64,000 nucleotides of DNA from Hypanus sabinus (Eukaryota): NCBI RefSeq assembly GCF_030144855.1, contig NC_082712.1:136772001-136836000 (forward strand). The letters run 5' to 3'. Below, in pieces: positions 22,291 to 34,124 of this stretch; the first letter of the stretch is position 1; every line of letters starts with the position of its first letter. Made by a program: the position numbers and the translations under genes. The notes beneath the pieces were generated by a model that was given only the letters and a program-made list of their open reading frames with translations, made no database searches and was not told the origin of the DNA.

Positions 22291-25038
22291 AGTTTTTGCC
22301 AGTCAGTTTACAATTGACACTCGTGCTCTACAGGGTTGTGCTTTGTCCATCCCTTGTGAACATTTGCAGTTTTGTACTTTCTCAAAAATTAAGCCTTGTT
22401 TTTACATTCAGTTACCCATCACAGTGCAAAAGCAGAAAGTAACAGTAAGCGTGAATTCAATGAACAGTGGGGAAATGAGTTCTTATTTATAGCGGGTCCA
22501 TCAGGAAAATCGTTGTGCATTGTAAGTGAAACCATTTTCTCACATAATAAAAGACATGATCTTAATAGACACTATAAAACACAACATCCGACTGAAATGG
22601 AAGGAAAACTGAAGCTTGTGCGTGGGTCTGAGTTATGGAAAGAATACGTGATTAAGAAAAAGGAAGAAATCAAAAGATGACAAAATTTATTTGTTAAAGG
22701 AAGTTGTGAAAGTTTGGCGATGACAGAAGTGTCCTACGAAATTGCTTTAGCGTTGGCCAAGAAACGTAAATCTTTCTCTGATAGAGAAGAAATTGTTAAG
22801 CCTTGTCTCCAAATATTTGCAAGACTTATTAGTGAGAGAAGTATCGAAAGTAGACGATATTGCTCTGTCAAAGCAAAGTTATGAGACACACCAAAGAACT
22901 CTCTCATGATGTATCTGAACAACTTTGAAAGACCTTGTCCATGCTTGTCCTTTCTTTTCTTTAGCTTTGGACGAATCTGCCGACATACATGATGTAGCCC
23001 AGTTAAGCATTTTTATAAGAGGAATTGATGATAATTTTAGCGTCTTTTAAGTACTTAAAAACTTGAGTCACTTCATGGAAAAACAAAAGGATCAGACATA
23101 TTTGACAAAGTAAAACCATGGCTAGAAAATCTACAGCTAGATTCTAGTAAACTCATCGGTGTTTGTACTGTCGGAGCGCTGTCAATGATAGGTAAAGCCG
23201 CTGGAACCACAACTTGGCTTGAAAACTTTTTGAGGTCATCCTCTACTAAAATATCACTGCATTATACACCAAAAGTCACTGTGTAGAAAACTTTAAATTT
23301 GCAGCACGTTATATTACTGGTTGTGAATAAAATTAGAGCAAGAGGATTAAACAGACGAGAATTCAGAGAATACTGTGAAATGTTAGATTTGGAATATGGC
23401 GATCTCGTCCTTCATTGTGAGGTATGCTGGCTTTCTTGAGGGCAGGTTCTGAGTAGATTTTGGAAACTGAAAAATACTGTTCATAATTTTCTAGAAGAGA
23501 TGAATGAGCTGCCCGAGGAGAGCGCTTTTATGTGATAATGATTGGCTATTTGATTTTGCATTTTTAGTTGATGTTACCAGCCATCTCAATGACCTAAATT
23601 TAAAACTCCAGGGCACGAACAAATTGTTTCCTAGCTTAGTAAATGATATCAATGCATTCAAGATGAAGTTAAAGCTGTTCACCTCTCAGTTAGAAAATGA
23701 GGATATGAGCCAGTTTCCATACGTGAAAGAGCAGAGTGAATGTGCTCAAGGTATGGCAATTTTACAAAACATACTGAAAAAATCAGGTTATTGCTAGTCA
23801 TTTGAAAGTCATTTTTGTGATTTTGCTAAAGAGGACTGCATACTTGCATTTATAAACCCATTTTCACTTAGTGAACAAAAAATCATGAAGATGCCTAGTA
23901 ACATACAAATGGAACCTGTTGACTTGAAAACAAATTCATTATTGAACATGAAATTTGATGAGTTTCCCTCAGTCCCAAATGTCTCTGACATGACTAATTT
24001 CTGGCAATCATTACCCTGTGAATATTTTCCAAAACTAAGAGAATTTGCCCAGAGTTATATCTGTCGTTTCAGAACAATGTACTGATGTGATCAAGCATTT
24101 TCAGCCATGAAACTGATTAAAAACAAAACGAGGTCATGATTGACTGATTCAAATTTGAAGATATCTCTGCTGCTCTCAGTAACTAATTTAACTCCAAACA
24201 TTAGAAGCTTGGCGAAATCAAAACAGACTCAAAAGTTTCATTAAGGTTATCTTGTTTTTATATTAAATCAATATATCATGTAAAATGCTAAATATGTCTA
24301 TAAACATTTTAAAAAGAATTGAATGGGGGTACAAGAGTTGTATGGCACATCTAAACTCATGCGTGAAAAAACTGACGCAAGAAATGTAAAAGGTTGGCCA
24401 CCCCATTATTTGTCCTATTATATTTAGTCCAATCATCTGATTAAAGACTGATGCAGTCACTCATGTAGAATCCAAAAGGGGTAAACATTTACAGTTCATC
24501 AAAAAATAGATATTAGTATTTCCCAATAAATTCTCTCAATGACAGATTTAACAATTAGTCATAGATCTGAAAAGCTCAGGTTCAGCCACTGAGATTCTGG
24601 AGTACTTTGAATTAGCACTATTCTTCCTCTCAGTACTTACATGGGTTGTGTTACACACAAAGGGAAGGCTCTTGTTTTACAGACAAAGGCAAGGCAGATT
24701 TTTGATTTTGTTCTGTACTCTCTTCTAGATACTGCCAAGAGGGCTAATGCACTGCATCAGAGAAATATTGCAATCAACAGGTTGTGGGTGGACATCATCC
24801 CATATGATTGTTTGATGTGAACCAAGTTAAAACTTCAAAAACATCCAAATATGTAGCAAAGATTTCAAATAATACAAAGATCATGCAATACTTAAGTTAA
24901 ATAATCAAAAGTATATAACTTCACAATTTGTTGTCCTGAGGATACAACATCCAATCCCTGTCATCCTCAGCTCTTCACATAATTCACGAAATAGCAATCT
25001 TTTTCAAAATATTCTTCATCCTTCAGCACCAAATGCAT

Positions 25039-25076
25039 CAGTCCTGAAGAAGGGTCTTGGCCCGAAACTTTGACTG
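25039..25076 (+). ncRNA. Minimal type-I hammerhead-like motif (degenerate) in a PLE-derived repeat
   Basis: CAGTC-CTGAAGA-AGGGTCTTGGCCC-GAAAC-TTT-GACTG; stem I CAGTC/GACTG closes. Confidence 0.6.
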
Positions 25077-25539
25077 TTCATTTCCTTGGACACTGTCTGA
25101 CCTTCTGAGTTTTTCCAACATTTTATGTCAGTTGCTTTAGCTCTTAATCATAGTGCCTACATTCTTATGTCTGACAGGACACTAGCTTGACTTACATTGG
25201 AATTATTATGAATGATGAGCACTGCTCCTAAAAGAGTCAAACTTGATTTCTGGCTGCAAACAAATGAAAATCTAGATTTCCCAAGTGAATTTTAGTAGTT
25301 GCTTTAAGGCTTTGAACATTACAGTTTTCAGAGATTTCAGGTTCATGGTTTTTCCCCAGCCTTCTCCTTAGGGTTCGTTTCAGGAACCCTAACAATTTAA
25401 CTATTCTGTTTTTGCTCAGGCCCAGGATTTCAAAAGAGTGATGGATGCAATGTCTTTCCTCTTTTATCTTCTCAGGAACCATGTCATTGTTATAGCAGCT
25501 GTCCACAATATCCACTAGATTCACTTCCTTTCCTTTCTT

Positions 25540-25985
25540 GAATATTGGATCAGGCCCAAATGCACAATTTCTGCACTCCCTCACCTCCAATCCTGGTTCC
25601 TTCTGCCTTTCACCTGTCCCCTAATAACTCCCATCATCATCCTCCTTCCTTATCAGATTCAAGCACTGGTAGCCTTTGTGTTTCTACATATCGTCCTCCA
25701 GCAACTGTATATACCTTCACTCTCCCCATCCCCGCTTAGCTTTCTGCCTCCATCAATCATGTCTGTCCACTCCACATTCCCCTTTCTTTACCTGGCTCAA
25801 TCTGCCTGTCATCTTTCAACTCCCCTCTCCCCAGTCAACCAATCACTCGCCCTCTTCTTGTTTTTTTTTTACACTGGCTATTTCCTCTCTCAGTCCTGAT
25901 GGAGTGTTTGATAGTAAATATCAACAATTCCTTTCCCTCATCAGATGCTGCTCAATTGACTAGATTCATCCAGCAGTTTGTTTAT
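25540..25985 (+). mobile_element. Penelope-like element 3' non-coding fragment
   Basis: Pyrimidine-rich tract similar to 21150-21360 (reverse complement) and 41430-41790, ending cagtcctgatg...gatgctgc. Confidence 0.5.
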
Positions 25986-26254
25986 TCTTTTGCCTCAGTC
26001 TTTATTCTTTTGAGTGTCATTTCCATCCTTTTGCAATGCTTCTGAAGGACCAGTGTATGCAGCCAACACATTAGTTGTAAGACATGATTAGCTGTACTGA
26101 TCTAGAACATTTACAGGTCATTATCAGAGGTGACTTGAACCTACCCACTGTTTGTTAAATATTTTTAAAAATCTCTCTTTAGACAATTTCTTTCAACTCT
26201 GGAACCTGTAATTTTACAAAACAGCTTCTTCTGTTCTGTTGTAGTGTAAACAGA

Positions 26255-26910
26255 GCCATAGAAAAGTACAGCACAGAAGCAGGCCCTTTGGCTCATCTAG
26301 TCCACACTAAACCATCTAAACTGCCTAATGCCATCGACCTGCATCGGGACAATATCCTTCCATACCCCTTCCATCCATGTAACTATCCAAACTACTCTTA
26401 AATGTTGAAATCAACCTCACATGCACCACTTGTACTAGCAACTTATTCCACACTCTCACCACCCTCTGGGTGAAGGAGTTGCCCCAATAGTCACCTTAAC
26501 CTTTTCACCTTTCACTCCCAACCCATGACCTCTAGTTGAGGTCCTACTCAACATCAGTAGGAAAAAAACCCTGCTTGCATTTACCCTATCTATATGCCTC
26601 ATAATTTGGTATAGCTCAATCAAGTCTCCTCTCAATTTTCTAAATCTCAAGTTATAAAACATAAACTAATCTTTCCATATAACTCAGGTCTTCCAGATCA
26701 AGCAATGTCCTTGCAAATTTTCTCTGTACTCATTCAACCTTATTTACAACTGCACACAGTACTCCAAATTTGGCCTCAACAACTTCAACATAACATCCCA
26801 TCAGCTATACTCAGTACTTTGATTTATGAAGGCCAATGCGCCAAAGCTTTCTTTACAGACCTAATAACCTGTGATGCCACTTTCAATAAATTATGTACCT
26901 GTATAATGGC
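26255..26910 (-). mobile_element. CR1 LINE 3' fragment
   Basis: RKLRGDLIELYQIM...TRGHGL; catagaaaagtacagcac tail. Confidence 0.8.
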
Positions 26911-27295
26911 TTTCTTAGCTACCCCTCTCCTTTGATTTATACCCCTCCAATAGTTTAATCTTTTCCAACTTTACAAAAATAGGGCAAGTTTTCTATGATA
27001 TTTTCAACTTTTTTCTTCTCTTTGTAGACTAATTACTTTGGGGTCTGTACTATGTGTTCAAAAGTCAGAACTATCTTTAACATTCAACAATTCTGATGTA
27101 TTTTGAATAAGCTAAACAATCAGGCTAACTACTGCTTTACAGAATTCTTCCAACAGAAACAACTACATTGCTGAGGATCTTGAGAGATAGCCACTAGCCA
27201 AGCTGAGCAGGGACAGGAGATATTAATATCACAAACATGAGAAAATCTGTAGATACTGGAAATCCAGAGCAGCACACATTTCTCCTCTTCATTTC

Positions 27296-27333
27296 CAGTC
27301 CTGATGAAGAATTTCAGCCCGAAACATAGACTG
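27296..27333 (+). ncRNA. Minimal type-I hammerhead-like motif (degenerate)
   Basis: CAGTC-CTGATGA-AGAATTTCAGCCC-GAAAC-ATA-GACTG inside a short PLE-derived repeat (about 27230-27385). Confidence 0.55.
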
Positions 27334-29024
27334 TTTACTCTTTTCCATGCCTGTGTTCCTCCAGTATTTTGTGGGTGTTGCAGCAGATATTAGCAGTGGG
27401 GTTTTCATGACTGTTCTGAAGTTTCACAGCCCCATCGTGAATATCCACTTTTTAACTCAAGGCTTATTTAATCATCCTAAAAAGGTTCATTGCTTCCATT
27501 TACATATTATTAGATAAAGTCTCTGCAAATAGTCAATAGATCTGACAGCACCTGTAGAGAGAGAAACAGTATTAACTTTTCCATTTAATATGTCTTCATC
27601 AAAACACAATAAGATTTTCACATCATACACTTGTTATCTGGGTTTCTCCCAACATTCCTTGTCTGCTTGCCATGCATCAAAACAAAAGGTTACTTTTCTT
27701 ATCTCTAAGCTTTTGGTGTTATCATTACATTCATGATCAAAATCTGATAAGTTTTCTTACAGTTAGAACAGTATGTGTGAAATAAGTGGCCATAGGTAAT
27801 AGTGACAGCAAACAGCCAGCCAGATGAAAACATTAGGACTCAGGACGTTAGGATTCAAGCTTGATAGGGTCCAACCCCACCTCCAGCTTTGGCAAAGTTG
27901 CTGCTATCTGTTTTACTTCAATTATATTAAAAAAAAGGACCAACTGAGGATCTATTATATCCCAAGTTGTCCTAGCTGCCCAAAACAAGAAGGATGAAAC
28001 ATTCAGTGCTGTATGGGTATAATAGGTGGATGTTCGCCAGGAGCTGGCTCATGATCAGACTCCCAATTTACTAGTCTAATTGTACTTTTGTTCTCCATCT
28101 TACACCCCGCCCTCTTTCACCCAAGCAGACACATGTCTGTACTTACTTTTACCCTTTTTTTCTGTTTGATGCTAAACTCTAAATTGTCTTAACCATTTGG
28201 AAAGCTATAATTTCAGCTTCTGAAAGCTTTTAAGCTCCACCAGACAGGATCTTCATCTTAATTTATGAAGCCATATTCATCCTCACTACTGCCAATTTCA
28301 TCCTCCGCAAATACCAGCCCACCTCTTTTTTCATGACCACCTAAATACTAAATATCATTGGTTATTCAGCTGCCAAATACTGTCACCAGGCAGCCTTGCC
28401 TTTGTAATATTGGCCATATACTCATTCATTGGCAAGCAGGAAAGTTGTGCTATATTTCAAAGGTTCAAAGGTCAAATTTAATGTCAGAGGAACATATACA
28501 ATTGCAAATAATTGGACTGTACTTGTACTTTCAACCAATATTTAAATCCTTGGTTCATGTTGAGAAAATGCTTACAATTGACTTTAATTAAAACTTAATG
28601 AAAACAGACTGAAGGGCAGAATTGCTGTGTGTCCAGGTTGCATTCTTCAGGGATTGCTTGGCACCTAGTCTGTGCTGTATTAACTAAGTGGTTATCTTTA
28701 ACTTGAATCACACTGGTATAGAATCAGCAGGGTGCATTCTTACACACGAGGAGGAAGACAATCATGAGAGACTTATATATGCCTTTCCCTACAACCAGAC
28801 CCACCCCAATCTGCTCTTTATTGAACTACTTAGCATATCATTGTTACCATTATACTTGAATTGACTATTTTAACATATTCCTAGCTGATTGCTCTTATAA
28901 CATTCATATCTTTGAAAACTCTGCCATCCTTGCCCTTACTCTTGTCTACCCTGCACTGCCACACTTGCCCATTGTAGAGCCATTCTCATTTAAAATATTG
29001 TGGAATATTGATAGTTCCGGTTGG

Positions 29025-31160
29025 CTATCTGGATGTTTGGTTGATCTCTGAGCTTGCCAAAATGTTTGCAAATGCTTTGGCTCCGATCAAGAGACCATCA
29101 TCAGTGCGCAGTTGAGGGTGTTGTCTCCTCAGAATGCCGCCTTACATACTCATCAGGGGGTCCAAATGGATATTGATTAGACGCCATGATCTGGTTGGCT
29201 GGTTCAAAACACAGTGAACAGTTTAGCAATGGAAGATTCTGATTGGCTGGCTAGCTTCAAGGGAGGTCCGTTGGAAGTGTTTGCTTCGCTGTCCAGATCT
29301 CGAGATTACTGGCAATTCATTCATTGTTGATGTCTTTGTTAGACCATACAGCATAGGAGCAGAATTAGGCCATTTGGCCAATTGAGCCTGCTCCACCATT
29401 CAATCATTGCTGATCCTTTCTTGCCCCCTCCTCAGCCCCACTCCCTGGCCATCTCCCCGTAACCTTTGATTCCATGGCCAATCAAAAACCCATCAATCAC
29501 CATCTTAATTACACCAAACAACATGGCTCCACAGCTGCCTGTGGTAACAAATTACACAAATTCACCACACTTTTGCTAAAAAAGAAAATCTCCATATCTG
29601 TTTTAAATGGGCACCCCTTTATCCTGAGGCTGTGCCCTCTTGTCCTAGACTACCCCACCATGGGAAACATCATTTTCCTCATCTACTCTGTCTAGGCCTT
29701 TCAATATGTGAAAAGTTTCAATGAGATCACCTCCCATCCTTCTAAATTCCAGCGAGTACAGGACCAGATCCATCAAACACTCCTCATATGATGACCCTAT
29801 CATTTCTGAAATTATCCTCGTGAACATCCTCTGAACCTTCTCCAATGCCAGCACATGTTTTCTTCGATGAGGAGCCCAAAACTGTTCACAATACTGAAGG
29901 TGAGGCCTCAGCAGTGCCTTATAAAGCCTAAGCATCACATCCCTGCTCTTGTATTCTAGACCTCATGAAATGAATGCTAACACTACATTTGCCTTCCTCA
30001 CCACTGACTTAACCTGTAAGTTAACCTTTAGGGTGTTCTGTACAAGGACTCCCAAGTCCCTTTGCATCTCAGATTTTCAGATTTTCTCTGTATTTAGAAA
30101 ATAGTCTGCACATTTATTTCTTCTATTCAAGTGCATAACCATGCATTTTCCAACATTGTATTTTATTTGCCACTTTCTTGCTCATTCTCCTAATCTGTCT
30201 ATGTCCTTCTTCAGCCTTCCTGTTTCTTCAAACCCTTCCACCAATCTTAGTATCATCTGCAAATGTGGCAACAAAGCCATCTATTCCATCATCTAAATCA
30301 TTGATTACAACATAAAAAGAAATGGTCCCAACACCAACTCCTGCAGAACACCACAAGTCACTGGCACTCAACCAAAAAAGGATTCTTTTATTCCCAATTG
30401 CTGCCTCTGGCCAATGCTCTAACCATGCTAGCAACTTTCTTGTAATACCATGGGCTCTTAATCTGTAAGCAGCCTTACTTATGGCACTTTGCTGAAGGCC
30501 TTCTGAAAATCCAAATATACAACAACCACAGCATCCCATTTATCCATCCTACTTGTTATCTTCTCAAAGAATTCCAACAGGTTCATCAAGCAGGATTTTC
30601 CCTTATGAAAACCATGCTGACTTTGTCCTATCATGTCCTGTGTCACCAAGTACCCCATAACGTCATCTTGAGCAACTGACTACAACATCTTCCCAGCCAC
30701 TGAGGTCAGGCTAATGGTCTATAATTTCCTTTCTGCTGCCTCTCTCCTTTCTTAAAGAATGGAGCTGTGAATAGATCCTTCTGTAGAGAACCACGCTTCA
30801 AGAAATTCTCATTTTTTTCTTGTTCTTGCTTGAGTCAAGATCTAGTAAACAAACCCTTATGGAGAAATGAATTGCCAGTAATCTCGGTATCTGGACAGTG
30901 AGGCAAATACTTCCAATGGACCTCCCTTGAAGCTAGCCAAGCAGAATCTTCCACTGCTAAACTGTTCACAGGGTTTTGAACCAGACAACCAGATCATGAC
31001 ATCTAATCAATATCCATTCGGACCCCTGAGCAGTAAATAAGCTGGCATTCTGAGGAGACAACACCCTAAACTGCGCATTGATGATGGCTTCTTGACTAGA
31101 GTCGAAACGTCTGCAAACATCTTGTCAAGCTCGGCGATCAAACAAATTTCCAAATAGCTA
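29025..31160. repeat. About 300-bp inverted repeat pair (29025-29321 / 30866-31160) bracketing a CR1 insertion
   Basis: e.g. gagattactggcaattcatt vs aatgaattgccagtaatctc; cttcaagggaggtccgttggaagt vs acttccaatggacctcccttgaag; both arms carry a degenerate hammerhead core. Confidence 0.8.
29345..30765 (-). mobile_element. CR1 LINE fragment
   Basis: LYKALLRPHLQYC, FADDTKIGG, DFQKAF motifs; 3' tail near 29345. Confidence 0.88.
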
Positions 31161-31433
31161 TTCTCATGTTTAATAACTATATCCTCCAAATTAACTTCCT
31201 ATTATATAGCACTACCACCTTCAGTTCTGTTCCTCCACTCTGAACTCTTGGTCTTCTTTCAATAGTAATACTATTAATATTCAAAATCTACATTGACTAT
31301 CAACTGCTTCTAAGTCTGGAATTCAGTTTTTATATTTCTGTAACTCTTCTTCATTTTTCAAAATGTCTCTTAAAACCTATCGCTTTAACTCAATTTATGG
31401 TTATCTGTCCTTGCAATGGGCTTTGGATAAAAT

Positions 31434-31439
31434 TTTATT
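31434..31439 (-). terminator. Putative polyadenylation signal of gene B
   Basis: AATAAA on the minus strand, about 145 nt downstream of the stop at 31583. Confidence 0.5.
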
Positions 31440-31582
31440 TGGTAACACACTTATGAAGGACCTTGAGGCATCTTTGTCCCAAATGGCCTGTATATGCAAC
31501 TGATGTGCTGTTGTTTGGGAAGCTATTTTAGAAGTTGGACTTGATTCTTAGAGGCAACAAGTGGAACAAAATCGCATTTACC

Positions 31583-31896
31583 TCAAAATGTTAAATGAAA
31601 CTTTTGTTCTATTCTTTTGCTTGTCTCTGAGTGAAATATCGCACATCTGACTTCCAAATTCCGATCAGATCGTTCTGGAGCAAATTCTATGCTGGTTGTT
31701 GAAGAAAAAAGACCACTTGCATTAATCTGAGGTTGACTATTATTCACAGGTCCTGTGAAGGGTTGTTCTCCTTTGAACCACTTCACTTCAATTTCCAGCG
31801 GCACATAATTGGTCAGTGAAACCGTGAAAGTAGCCATTTTGTTTTCCTCCAGATGTGTTGGGTTGCACTTGATTTCAGACACAGTGGGGAAATGAC
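31583..31896 (-). CDS. Gene B post-TM C1-like domain 6 (terminal coding exon)
   Basis: ctttaag|GTCATTTC; (G)HFPTVSEIKCNP...ATFTVSLTNYVP..IEVKWFK...SGLFSSTTSIEFAP...VRCAIFH...FHLTF*; B-strand Cys absent. Confidence 0.88.
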
Positions 31897-32499
31897 CTTA
31901 AAGTGGAACACAATATGCAAATATAGTCAGCCCCATTGACCAAAGCTGATTGTTCATCTCAAAATTCTGATAATTAAATTTTCCAAAGTTAAATGCAAGT
32001 TTAATGTAGAAATTTCAAATACTCAATCTTATACAGTAGACAAGATAGATTAGATAGATTAAAGCATCTGAGAAAACGATGTATCACATATATTCAAACA
32101 AACATTCAAAATGGCACCATTTAAAGGCTAAATAAATGTCAGCAGGCCTACATAAATCTTTAATCAGGGAGTAATATAGGAGTAGAAAGTGGAAACAACA
32201 AAAGTTATTAGATAGATATTTTCTAGAGTTTAATAAAAATTATACACTTTCAGGATTGGTGAATAAAAACATGAATTACTGAGCAGTTGGAAAAGACCTT
32301 AACAGTTCACATGGGAAACTAGGTTGGTTGTGCTTCTGACGAAAAGCCAATAACATGTGTTAAAAAACACAACTTTTACAATGTAGCATTGAGACGCCTT
32401 GAGCAACTCTTATTAGTGGTTCTAAATATCACATCTGGAACTTTGTTTCCAATGGCATTTACTGAGAGGAGTAAAAGTGGGTAATTGAATAAACTCCAA

Positions 32500-32830
32500 T
32501 CCTCAGAGTATTTGATCCTATTATACCCAGTAATCTCATAGATGAGAATTTATAAAAGGCAGCTAGGAGTTAACATATTGCTTTGGTTCTGGAGTGTGTA
32601 TAAGCCAGTTTTGCCAAAATAGCACTCTTCCACTTCCAAGTCCATTAGTAAATCAAATAGGTTTAAAAATGGTCCTATACATTTTTTAAAGTCCTAAAAT
32701 AGCTAAAATGTACTTTGTTCTGAAGACTACAATAATGTCCCATCTAATTCGTATGTTGGAGGGTTCAAAATTTGAAATGTTGAAAAACTAAGTGAAATAT
32801 GACACTGATTCAGTCACATGCTCAGCTTTT
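32500..32830 (-). pseudogene. Possible decayed C1-like exon
   Basis: FFNISNFEPSNIRIRW (compare CDISGYKPSNIYIKW) and FGKTGLYTL (compare LGKDGRYSY) in different frames; stops present; no splice sites found. Confidence 0.3.
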
Positions 32831-32836
32831 AACATG

Positions 32837-34075
<1,239 letters not shown>

Positions 34076-34124
34076 ATTGGTTAATTGAGTTATCGGATAA
34101 TCGGAGCAGCCATTTAGAGTCACA

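Larger units (their letters stand above)
20414..24406 (+). mobile_element. hAT transposon (Buster/Charlie/SPIN, GTF2IRD2-like transposase), degraded, with nested insertions
   Basis: TIRs cagggatgggcaacct (20414) and aggttggccacccc (24391); transposase fragments 22396-24240 (REFNEQW...FLF, LNRHYKTQH, SLALDES, LAFLVDVTSHLNDLNLKLQG, CDQAFSAMK). No TSD recovered. Confidence 0.88.

Noticed and set aside
8623-31582. Splicing from the GT after the gene B stop into gene A, making a fusion protein
   Set aside because: The TGA precedes the donor, and gene A has its own CpG island and leader exon.
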